Below, piece by piece: positions 1 through 41,300 of a DNA stretch of 64,000 nt. Position 1 is the stretch's first letter; every line of letters begins with the position of its first letter. This DNA is from Paragordius varius (lineage: Eukaryota > Animalia > Nematomorpha). Made by a program: the position numbers and the translations under genes. Location: NCBI GenBank assembly GCA_964247055.1, contig OZ176057.1, forward strand, positions 3,410,001 to 3,474,000. The letters are read 5' to 3'. The notes beneath the pieces were generated by a model that searched no databases, was not told the origin of the DNA, and saw only the letters and a list, made by a program, of their open reading frames with translations.

Positions 1-70
1 TGTTTTTTCCATAAACTACTGCGAGCAAATCGCCCAAATATAGTGTAAAATAAGCAACCATTAAAATCAT
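1..70. mobile_element. MITE family B, end fragment
   Basis: AAATAAGCAACCATTAAAAT matches the family B arm at 11538-11779 and 16530-16713. Confidence 0.55.
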
Positions 71-539
71 ATTTTGATGTTTTAAATGTCATTAAATAAA
101 ATATATAAATTTTTATGATGCTATTACCCCTTCAACAATTTTTAAAATAAAATTTGCTATTGAGATTCGTAATCTCATCAATTCAGAAAAAAACTCTTTC
201 TATAATTATATCATAACTTAATATCTATTTTTGAAGATTTAGCATAATGTAATTTCGTATGTTTATGGAGGGGTTTAAAGTGTGAACATTTTTAAATAGA
301 ACAATACTAAAAAAAATCTAAAATATATTTTTCTTTATTCATTAAAAAACATATTTAAAACAGAGTAAATACTTCACCTCCCTTAAATATAAAGTTTAAA
401 CATTGTTTTTTCTTTCTTAGTAAAAAAATGACAAATTTTGTTGTAAATTTTTTTTTGAAATCTTGTGAAGTATTATACAAATCCTTAAAGTTGGAAAAAA
501 TATTTTTTTTTCATAATAAAAAAACATACCATTTTATAC

Positions 540-1136
540 GTTTCAGCCATGTGAGAAAGCCTTTCATTAACAGATTCATTTTCTTGTAGTCGTGATTCTA
601 ATTTATCAATCCTACGATATATATATGTAAGTGAGTAAAAATATATATTTATATTAAAAATATAAAATTATACGAAAGACAAAAAAAACGTAAAAACTAA
701 TAAAAACAAATATTTTTTCATTCCACCTAAATTTTTTGATATTTTTGTGATAAAAAATTGCGTAAAAAATGATATAATATGGTCCATTTTGCAAAACAAA
801 CCTATTAAAAATAAAACTTTAACAAAAACACCAAAAAAATTGTATTTGAGTAAAAAAAAACTTGTAAATATATTGTTGAGTTTGTTCGGCTTTTTCGCGT
901 TCAGAAGCGTGCATATAGCTACGATTTTGTGCTAAAAGTTCAGATATTTTGGCATCAGATTTAACCTCATTTTCACGTAATAAATCTTCCAACATACGGA
1001 TTCTGTAATGGGTATAGGGAAAAAATATATCTTACGCATATAAAAAGTGTGTGTGTTTTTTTTAGAAAAAAGTCAAACCAATTTAACGTAATCAAATATA
1101 GTTAATAGTATAAAATGAGGTGTTAAGGTATCAGGT

Positions 1137-1168
<32 letters not shown>

Positions 1169-2586
1169 CAGATTGTGTTAATAATAATATTATTTAATAT
1201 ATTCCATAATAAACTGTATTCATCTGTGAATTGCATAAGCGCGCTTTGAATATAAAAAAATCCTGGTAGTTGCAAAGAATTAAATTAAACATAAGAAATT
1301 TAATAAATCAAATGTACCATTTTTCACTCAAAAGCAAGATTTTATCAACCAAACGCAACATTTTTTATCCAAAAAACATTTTTTTCAACCAAATCCCAAA
1401 ATTTTGTAAGCAAACATAATATTTCAGTTGTCTTTGTTAATAAAAAAAAATACGTTTGAAAATTGTGGCGTTTGCTTAAAAATGTATGGTTGAAAATATG
1501 TAGCGTTTGATTGAAATAATGTTACTTTTTACTGAAAATGGTATATTAAATAAATTCCTCCTTCCCATAGTAATATAATGAGACCTGTGGTTATAAATTA
1601 TAATATATTCTTGCAATAGGCCTTTTTAAAAATTAATTCCATATTTTGCAAAAATACAAAGATTATTTTCAATAAATCATTTCCACCCTTGAACAATTCA
1701 AATTCACCCTCGAACAATTAAAATTCACTCTCGAACGATTCAAATTCACCCTAAAATAAATTATGTGTTTATTAAAATTAAAATAATGCAAATAATAAAA
1801 TAGGTCGTAAAAATATATTTCATATTAATGATGAGTAGTTATATTATCCTCAAAACACAATTTATTTTTAGGGTGAATATTTTAATTATAAATGGTATAT
1901 TATATATTATATTCAACATATATTATTCTCGCAATAATATAAAGACGCAAATTCATTTTATTTTCGAGCTAGTTTCAACACACTCACAAACCCAAAGCTT
2001 AAGAACTTATAAATTGAATGTTAGACGACATAGATAAAAAAATAATTTTAAGTAAGGCCTAAGCAATATCTATATATACACTCCAAAAAATTATTCACAA
2101 ATTTATACGCCCAACAACTTTAAAATTAGGGCCTTATTCAACAGCCACAGCATGAACTAATTAGTTTATAAACGGGCATAATTTTTTAAACAAAAAAAAA
2201 GTTGATTATATAAGATATTGAATATACAATTAACACCTTAAACTCTTTCCTAAACAATTTCAAATTCATTTATCTTACAACTAAACCATGTGTTTTAGAG
2301 CTATGGATCATCATTAAAATGAAATAGTTTTCTTTATCGCATAGGTTTAAACAAATCTTGTTTTTAACAATTTATAGTCAAAAACACACCACAATTATTT
2401 TAGGGTAAAGTTTAAATAGTTTTGTCGTCTACACATTAAAATTTGTGTATTTACTTTTCCTTAAGGATTGCATTATCCCGCTGTAAAATTTTATTGTCTC
2501 TCTCCAATTCTCCGGATTGGGTTCGTTCCACGCGTTCCAAATGATCATTTATATTTGTGATAATCTATACCAAAATTGATTGATTG

Positions 2587-2620
<34 letters not shown>

Positions 2621-3767
2621 ATTTGCAATTCAAATTTACCCTTGAACAATTCAAATTCACCGTCGAACAATTATATTCACCTTAAAATAAATCAAGTGTT
2701 TTTTAAGATTAAAAATTATTTTTATTTTTTTACTTTTATTAAGTAAAAAAAGATGAAAAGTAAAAAAATATAGGAGACTACAAAAAATGAATTCGTTAAG
2801 TTAGAAAATCCAAAGCAAATATACTATTTTTCATCATTTAAATTTTACAATACTTTTCCAAAATGTAATTATTTTAAAAAAACCAAATATAAAATTTAAA
2901 AAACTTTTTCTGTAAAATCAACCTTATTAAATTTTACAAAATTTTTCTATAAATTTGATTTTTTTTTAAAAAAAATCAAAGCTTAATTTAAAAAACTTTT
3001 TCTGTGAGATCGACCACCACATTTTCTTCACGAAGCTGAGATAATACGCTCCCATTATTATTGGAATACACATGATGATTATCATTATGAGGATTGGAAT
3101 GATTATCAGAATTTGAAAGTTCAAAATCTACCGAATTCATATCATCATATGCGTAATATTTTCGTCTATAATATTTAAGATGAAAAAATTTATATGGACT
3201 TTTTTATAATATAGTCTGGCGTTGAATTTGGTTGAAAAAGTGTTGAGTTTAATTGTATAAAATATATTTGTTAAAAAAAGACCAAATTATATACCTCGGT
3301 ATTGTTAATGATTTGTTAGGTAATAATCGACTGTTTTTCCTAATATAAAAAAATAAATAAATTTAAAAAATCAGGGATAAAAAAGGGTAAAAAATGGTTT
3401 TAAAGATCACTGTTGTTTTCGGTATCCGAGAGATCTTGTACGTTGGAATGATGATTCAGGTTTAGGGAAAAAGGATTTATTTGGGGTAGATGTACTAACC
3501 AATCGATTCTGGGGAGAAAAATCATGATTTTCCAAATTTTCAATTTCTTCATTCGTGTAATAAGTTTCATCGCCTTCGATATCTCCATTTGAGAATATTT
3601 CACTCATATCATTGGATACATAGGGGTTCGAAAAAGAATCTGCAGTTATAGCCTTCTAAACGCAAAAGATAATAAAATAGGAAATAAACTTTTTGATTAT
3701 TCATGGAGGAAGCAAATGTCGTTTTTCGTGGTGGAATGGGTGGAGAATCGCTGTTCATATTTTCCAT
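540..3767 (-). CDS. Rab11-FIP3/4 (nuclear fallout)-like coiled-coil protein, partial (3' exons not resolved, probably continue past position 1)
   Basis: Phase-consistent GT-AG exons 3767-3690, 3655-3411, 3339-3295, 3165-2997, 2564-2455, 1002-862, 611-540. They splice to ...VVVDLTEK/IITNINDHLERVERTQSGELERDNKILQRDNAILKEK/IRMLEDLLRENEVKSDAKISELLAQNRSYMHASEREKAEQ..., which aligns by eye to the class II FIP coiled coil (DIADKVVFLE..RLRQENLQLVHRANALEEQ..EREK). The true start and family assignment are uncertain; no EF-hand or C-terminal RBD was seen. Confidence 0.65.
1680..1897. mobile_element. MITE family A (TACCATTTAC TIR, 21-nt subterminal repeats), degraded
   Basis: Tandem ACAATTCAAATTCACCCTTGA units on the left, GGGTGAAT..AAATGGTA on the right. 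Confidence 0.75.
2589..2715. mobile_element. (TA)n microsatellite plus left arm of MITE family A
   Basis: (TA)n runs directly into TACCATTTGCAATTCAAATTTACCCTTGAAC. Confidence 0.75.
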
Positions 3768-4207
3768 GGGAATTATACTAACCACCAGGGCCGTGTTGTC
3801 AAACTGGTTGTTTTTATGATCTGCAAAATATCATATGTTATAAAATTTTTTACATTTAGGTTTTTATTTTCTGAGAGTAGTTTCGATTATACCAGAGGCA
3901 AGTTAGAGGAGAAAAAAGGTGGCTGATGCAACCCGCGCCATAGTTAAAAATAGCACTGTTTAAAAATTTGAGTTTTTTTACAAAATAGTTGTTTTTTAAA
4001 TAAAAATAATCATTTATTAATGAGCGGTCATAAACAGGGTATAATGATTATTAGTTTAAAATGTAAGGAGTTCTATGTAGGAGGAGAAGACAGCAAAATA
4101 CATTCACGCACCAGGCGCCAGAAATGCACCCCTCTGAATTATCTTAGCGTTTATCAGATGTATATAATATTATAATACGTTTAAAGTAATTTTATATATA
4201 AAATTAT

Positions 4208-5800
4208 GGGTGGGGTGATAAAAAAGTCGCACTTGACTTGTAAGCCAAGCGTGGCAAGTTGAGCAAGATTACTTAAGCCAGCAAGTGTACACTTGAAGAT
4301 TGGTGATAAAAAAAACACTTAAGTCAAGTCTTTTGCTTATGAATGTAACAGTTTTTTGCCACCCAATTCGAATTTTATGGAACTTTTTTTGATCATTTTC
4401 AGCTAAAATTTATGAAATAAGGCACAAAAATATAAACAATAAATACAATATGCATTTATTGAAGTTTTTCAAACTCACTGGCACGTATCTTATATAATAT
4501 AGAGTTTTCTAAATTGTGAGCCTGATAATAATTTTTAGATTGATGAAACCATTCGCTAAAACACTTTCCATTATTTTACCACACTACTTATTTTGTTTGG
4601 AGTTCAGTTGCAAATATAATGGGAAGATGTTTATACAATATAACAAAATTATTTTTAATTGATTATAAACATTACATTAGAAATAAATTTATGATGAAAT
4701 AAATTCTTTACATTGGTTAAAGTGAAGTTTTGCTTTTAATAAACGAAGATTTGAAATTTTACAAGATTAACACTTGGATACAACACACTCATTCTATTCC
4801 TTCGATTCAAATTGGGGTAGTTGGATACCCCAGGCCTGTTTGAAATCAAATGCTTTAAAAAGTATGGAGGGAATCAAAACCATGGCAAAATCTTGCACTT
4901 ATATAACATTAATAACCCGAAATATAAAAAAAATTATTTGAAAATACTTGATATTACTTATTTTGAGCTAAAACTGAGAGGTAAAAATTTAGTCAACGTG
5001 ACATGTGTGCAATGGTAAAATTGAAAAATAATACAAAATAAACCATTTTTTCTTTTTATATAAATGTTAGATGTAATTTAAATAAAAAATTAACTTTAAT
5101 TTTACCTTTAAAATTTAACGAAAACGATATTTTGCAAAAACTCTGTAAAATAAAAATGGCGTCGAAGTAGTTTGACATGGAACTTTTTTTCAAAACAAAA
5201 TTTATTTAGATATTTTGGCGTATTTTTATAATTTTTACAAGGATAGAAGCATAAATTTAATTTTGAGACCGTTTCCTTCAGTATTTTTTTTGAAAAATAC
5301 TAACATTAATTATGTCTGGGGTATTTAGATACCCGAATTTGAATCGAAGTGTTAATATTTAATTATTAATTTTAATAAATTTTCGACAATTCGATTTTAT
5401 TGTCACGGAATTGATATATTTAGCATATTTTTATGTGCCATGTTTTTAATATTAGCAGAGTTTTTCTATAAATTTATGAATGGATTAATTAGCCAAAATT
5501 TATCAAATTAAGAATTTATAGCATTAACAAAGGTTCAAATACATATAAAACCTAAATTTTGCACATAAATAGTTTCTAAAATAATTTTATCCATATTTTT
5601 AAATATGTCAAGTGTGCCCTACACCACACTTGCAAAATCTTTAAGTTTTACTTGAACATATGATTTTTTATCACCTCCTTATCAAGTTTTCTTGCTTGAC
5701 TTAAGTCGTGTAATGTTAAATTTTTTTTATCACATGAAAGCAAGCCATGACTTGAAAAACTTGCAAGTCAAATCAAAAAAATTTTTTTATCACCCGACCC
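4208..5800. mobile_element. Non-autonomous DNA transposon with GGG termini, ~1.6 kb (superfamily uncertain)
   Basis: Left end GGGTGGGGTGATAAAAAA..TTGACTTG and right end (reverse complement) GGGTCGGGTGATAAAAAA..TTGACTTG; flanked by TAT on both sides; subterminal ACTTG/CAAG and GTGATAAAAAA repeats. Confidence 0.65.
4771..5351. mobile_element. piggyBac-like non-autonomous element nested in the 4208-5800 element
   Basis: TTAA at 4767-4770 and 5352-5355; CAC..GTG termini; asymmetric internal inverted repeat CTTCGATTCAAATT(G/C)GGGTA..TACCCCAG. Confidence 0.7.
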
Positions 5801-7095
5801 TATATATGACTTTATGATAATTAATAATACAGATACATGTATTGTGAGGCAATGAAAAGGGGGTTAAATTGTGATGAAAAATACGTATATGATTGTCATG
5901 ACAGAGATAACTCGCGATTTAGCAATATTTTGTATTAATTTTTTAGAAAAATATATTTGAGATATCATTTATAAACAAAAAAGTAAAATTAACATATAAT
6001 AACCTTTATATTTAAAAAACTTGATATGAATTAATTTATTAAATCCAAGCTAAAAATTAGAAAAGTTGACATTTGTTTAGATATAATTATGCAAAATCAA
6101 ACACCTCTCCTAATTTACATTATGTTCCTGTAGTTTTATTAAAAATTACTTTAATAGCTTTAAAATTGAATAAAGAGGATATTTGTAAAATTTTGTAAGA
6201 ACGAAATGGGGTCCAGATAGTTTGATATGGGGTTTATGGCTAAACTAAAAAATTTATTTATTTTAAAAAATTAGTACGGAACCAAAACTTCTATTGGAAT
6301 TTCTGCTAGCAGTTATAACTAATTACCGCAAAAATCTAAGGGTTGAACAAAACATTTGTTAAGAAAAATTTTATTTGATGCGAAATTGCACATACAAAAT
6401 TTTATGGCGTAGATCAGACATTTTGTTTTCTGCCCAATACGCGAAAAATTTGAGATTCTCCCACATCTAAAATTATAAATTTTATATATTCTTTATTAAA
6501 TGTATTTATATTAACCTAGAAGTGTGTTTTTATAAATAATCGTTTTTTATATGAAAGGTCGCTATAAAACTGGTAGTAATATCTCATATCAATCGCCCAA
6601 AACAATATTTTAAAAATTGTTATAAACCTATCCATCAAAATATAAATAAGTGAATATTCTTTTGGTAACACTGTCTTTGCGTTGTTTTGAAAAATTTTTG
6701 ATATCGAAATCACCTTATTCTTCGCAAAATCTAGGAAGCGTTTTTTCTACGAATCACTTTTACAATGGATAATATTTGGAAATATCAAAACCCACATTTC
6801 AAAATCAATATTTATTGCAATATTATTTTGTTTTTAGATCTATTATTTTATTTAATGATATCGCTCTCCAAAAAAATTTATTTTATATAATTTGCGTTTA
6901 TTTTAAATTTTGGAGATCGATTCTGTTACAAAAAAGCAAAAATTTTTAGGTTACTCTTAAGGTTTTTTTTAAAAATTTAATTTCATTGAAATTGTCTAAC
7001 ATGAATATTTTCCTCGTGTTCAAACCATTTGAGCATATGGGCGTTTACCAACCAACAGCAAGATAACATTTCGGTTCAAAAATTCAAATTAGAAA

Positions 7096-36001
<28,906 letters not shown>

Positions 36002-38353
36002 ATGATATTACTTTTTTTCAAATAACATATAAAGGTTTTAGATTGTTACCAGATATATTTGTTTCATGTTTCATGTGATAAGTTTTTGTTCCCGAGATGA
36101 AATATTTATATATGTATATATTGGAAGAATTATATTGAAACCTTTATGCATTTGTAATAAATAAATTATTATATCTGGAATGGGATGTATTTATTAAAAT
36201 AACTAAGGAGTTGCAGATAAAATGACCAATTATATCGTATTTTGCGTACGATAAATTAATTTTATTAAGTATGATGCCACCCATATACATTATATTCGGT
36301 TAACAATCCATTACCTTTTGTGGTAGTTTTATATCTAGAAGCGATTTAAAATTTAACTATCTTAAATTAAGAGATTAACCCGAATTCAAAAATATGCTTT
36401 CTTTAGCCTTTTAATCGCATTATACAATATATTTAAAGAAATCTAAAATCGTGAAAAAATATTCTCAAACTTTTTGCCGCTATTTTTTATATAAATTTTT
36501 TTATGCCATTGCAGGAAATTAAGCGATATTATGGTTAGATGTAAATAATTAACTTTAATTATCTTTGTTACATTTTCCGGAAAACCTTGATATATTTCGA
36601 TTTTAATATCAATTGTTCGTTTCAATGGTGGTTTGGAGCTCTCTCAATTCGTAACTCGCAGTCACAAAGCTAAAAATTATTGACTTTTTTTATCTAATGC
36701 ATAAGAACAATGCTTTATAAATAAATTTATAAAATATATTCAAAGCTGTAGCTTATTTATAGAATTGGGCTCTGCGATTTAAAACTATCCCAAAGGGTAA
36801 AGACAAAAATGTGAAAGGTAATGAAATCTTTATATACATAGTTCACAAATAAATATCTTGATGAAATGTATCTTTTCTGCTAGGCAGTAAGTCAGTATCT
36901 GGCTTTTTTGATTTTAAGGCTTACGGGTAATCTAAAAAAAGTTAATTACGCTTTTGTGGTTGACAAAATTTGCGCTTTGTTATATTTAGTGAAAATTAAT
37001 GTTTAAATTATAACTATATAGTCATAATCTACATATAAAAAACAAAAAAATATTTTTATAAAATAATTATTTGTATTATGTGGGCTCCGAAAGTCCTAAA
37101 TTTTTTCGCTCTCCCAAAATGGACTTTTCTCTTAAAATAAACGCGAAATGAGTAAATTTCTTGGCAAATATATTATATGTTAAGTTCAAACATCAAAAAT
37201 GTTTGTTCTGAAACAATGTATATTTTGCTTGTAAAAATAATTATAATAAAATTTTAATCGACTTTTATGGTTTAAAGCATAGTAACAGTAAGTGTATAAG
37301 GATATTCTAAAACCACATTTTCTATGGAATTCCAGCATGTTTCGATGAAAACAATCCTTAGTCATCAAGTTTTTTCCAAATTTTAATTGTGTTTTTCCAT
37401 AAAAAATGATCAAAATTTTTAAGTAAACGAACCTTTACTTTGAAGCGATAGAAATGTACATTTATTTGTTTATGTAAAGAGAAGCGACGCATTTTGCAAG
37501 GTTGTAATAATATTTTTGCTAGTTTATATGTATTTTAGTTATATTTTTGAAATAAAGTATTTAGCTTTCAGTACAAAATTAATCTGCGCATATTTTGCCA
37601 TTTGTTTGGTAACCGTTACCACAAAATCAATAACTTTCCTTAACAGACTTATATGGGAAAAACATTAAGAAAATGCTTTTTTTATCGGATCAGGATATTT
37701 TTACCCCCTGATTTTGCACAGTGTAATGAGGCTATTATGGTATCCGAAATAATTATTTCGATCGAAGAGTTAAATGATGCTTTTAGATATGGATCAATTT
37801 AACATAAAAATGCAATAAGGTCCAAAGACAAAAGTATAAACTATATACATTTATTATATTTTTTCCCTCTCTACGGGACATAAGTTATGTTGGACTTCCA
37901 TTACAAGCTAATAGAAGTTAAAACTAAATGGTAAAATTAAGCGCTACTATTGAATATTAAAAATTATTGGAAATATCGCTACATTTTTTATTAGGGATGA
38001 AACCGAAGAAGTAAACTTTATACATTATACGTAATTTTACATTTATAAGCTATTAAATTAAAATGGTAAATCGAATTACAACGATAGTTAATTAACACTT
38101 TATTTCATATAAGTCCGGCATTGCCTGGGTAATTTTTTTTAATATAGTAAATTAAAGTATAACATATAGAGAGGTTACGCTCATCCTAAAGCCATCAAGA
38201 ATTTTCGCAACTACAATAAAAATTAATGATGCACACCTAAATCTCCAATAAATATAATTAGTTTTAACGCGTTTTTGCTTATTAATATTTTTTCAATTTT
38301 CACAATACATACGCAAAAATGCATGCGTAAAATTTAGTTACACTCCCAATAGA

Positions 38354-41300
38354 ATGTCAACCAATACAGAAAAAGTTTAATTCTTATCTTTTTATTTTTA
38401 GCTTAAAATCGCCACAGATTTTCTTTTACAAGCTCCTCCTGGAGAATTTGATGAAGTTTTTAACGGTACGAATAATTTATCATCTCAAATGAATATCATA
38501 TATTTATATTCTAATATTTACTTTGTAGATGTTAGAATTTTGGTAGATAATGATGATATATTTGGTGATAGCATTATCAAGTATTTATTTAACTATATTT
38601 AGAGTTATATCAAAATATAACATGGAACATTTTGTTCCTTGTACCATTGACGATAAACATAATGTAAGTAAATGAAATGTATTTAACATTACTAAAAGCA
38701 AATTATTATTATAAGTTATAAAAATATATAATATTAATTTTAGATTTTACTTTTATATCACAACAATTTTAGGAGTAAATATGGTTTGGTTACAGTTTTT
38801 TTTATCTTTAACAATTTGACTTTTCAATTTGTCATTTTAATTTTAGTTTTATTACAGTAATATAGTTTCATCTATAATACCCTTAAATTTGAATAATGCC
38901 TATTAGACCCTATTAAACACTAAATTTTTACAAATATAAATATTATATTTTTTGCTATGGATGTTTATTTAAAAGAAAAAAAAAGATTAAAAATATATAA
39001 AATTGGTTCAGGACTTGTAACGTTCCCTTGTCAATACAAAATATTTAGCAGATTTTAAAATTAGAAACGTAATAATACATAAAAAATTATTAAACTTTTA
39101 TTTTTTTGTTGTTAATGTAATTTTATTTTAAATTTCGAAATATATTTATAATATTTTAAACATCACTCGTTTTTTACATACATTTACCTACCTTATCAGT
39201 GCCTAATCACAGTTTATGGGGAACTTGGACCTGGGAAATATTATGATCCCTGTAGCAAACAAATTTTCACCTTTGATCATTTGAAACGAAAAATGGTCGC
39301 AGGATCTTTGACAGATAAGCATGCCAATTTCATTGACACTAACAGCGGAAAAAGTGAAGAAAAAACGAGGGTAGCTCTTGAAAAAGCGTTTACCATCTAC
39401 AGTAAAGAACATTACCCAAACGGAACATTTTCCGTCTACAATTTGGCCCAAAACGCAGTAATTGCTAAATTATGAAAAAAAAACCGATTTTAAATTTACC
39501 ATGAGTTTTTAGGTTATGTTAAATCTTTAGATAAGTTTCAGAGCAAAAATATTTAAGGAATAAATTTATGGATTAATGTTAGGGTGTCCAACGCGCGACT
39601 CAAAATTTCGAAATTCCATAATTAGCAAAAATATCTTTTCACAAATTTTGGTAAAACGGATATTTTTTAACCAATTTTATAAGCCTATATAATTGGCCAA
39701 AATCAAGAAAATGATGTTGAATTAATTTTACATGCGCTTATCTGTAAATATTTATAATTAATGTCCATATATACATTTGAAAAGCCGCCCGCCATATTTT
39801 TTCAGATAAAACTGCGGCTTGCAAAAACATTTATGAGGGACACTTTGGTTGGTTGGTTTTTCCTAAGTCGTAAACGACTTTTTGGATATAGTTTTAACTA
39901 TTTCTTTCCATTTTTTTCTATCTTTAACCGCTATATTGAGCTCTTTCAGTGTCATTTTGGTCTCTTCTTTTATCATATCCAACCACCTCATCGGTGGTCG
40001 GCCTCGTTTCCTTTGCCCTTCTACCTTCCCAAACATTGTATCTTTCTCCAGAGAATTCGATCGCATGACATGACCAAAATATGTTAACTTTCTTTTTAGA
40101 ATTATCTCCATGATGTTTGTTTTAGGTTTTATTTCTGTAGTTAGACTTTCATTCTTAATTTTATCCTTCCAGGTGTATCCTAGCATCCTACGCCAGCAGC
40201 TCCTTTCAAAAGCCATGAGCCTTTCTTTGTCCCTTTTTTTGAGGGTCCAACTCTCACATCCATATGTGGTGACCGGGAGAACGAAACAGTAGAGTAATCT
40301 TTTTTTGGTTTCAACTCCTACGCTTTTGTTTTTCCAAATCTTTATTAATTTGGTCATCGCTTCTCTACCCAATCCTATTCTCTTTCTGATGTCAGGAGTT
40401 GAAGACCCATCCTCTGAAATTATTGCGCCCAAAAACGTTAACTGTTTAACTATTTCTATTTCTACTCCTTCTATTATAATTGTAGGCTTTTTTCCTGTAC
40501 ATAATATTTTGGTTTTGTTAGGATTAAGCCTAAGACCATACCTCAAACTTTCCTTTCGAATCACTTCAATCAATTCCTTCAAATCATTTGCACTTTCAGC
40601 TATAAGAGTGGTATCGTCTGCAAACCTTAAATTATTGATTGTTCTCCCTCCTATTCTTACTCCAATATTTTTACCATCCAACTTCCTCATTATCATTTCT
40701 GTGCACATATTGAACAGATAAGGGGATAAGCAACACCCTTGTCTGACTCCTTTCAAGATTGGTATTTCGTCTGTGTCCCCCGCTGGTGTTCTAATAATCG
40801 CTCTTTGTTTTACATACAGAGAGCTAATCAATCTTATTAAGTGAGACGATACCCCTACTAACTTTAATGTTTCCCACAAGGAGTCATAGTTAATTGAATC
40901 GAATGCTTGTCTGTAATCAATAAAACACATGTATAATTTTTTCTGGAACTCTTTTGATGTTTCCATTATCCTTCTCATGTTTGAGATATGGTCTCTTGTG
41001 CTTTTTCCCTTCATAAATCCAGCTTGATTTTCTGGTATTTCTGTCTGTATGATACTGTGCATTCTGTTTTGTATTACTTTTAGTAAGACCTTACTAGCGT
41101 GGCTAATAAGAGATATGTTCCGATAATTCTCGCATTGGAGTACATCTCCTTTTTTATATATTGGGAGATATACAGATGATGCCCAATCGTTTGGCCACTC
41201 ACATGTTTCCCACACCTTTTGACATAGCTGGTGTAACTTTTCAACGGGAATAACTTTTATGAACTCTATTGGGATATTGTCTAATCCCGTCGCTTTGTTG

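Noticed and set aside
120-490. Possible further FIP-like exons
   Set aside because: All acceptors tried give early stops or non-homologous sequence in the required phase 2
2455-3165. Apparent frameshift between FIP-like exons
   Set aside because: A recount of the T run (2997-3001) gives GAA AAA|GT, phase 0, which matches the acceptor at 2565
3400-3603. 67-aa minus ORF
   Set aside because: Alternative frame overlapping the FIP-like exon; does not splice in phase
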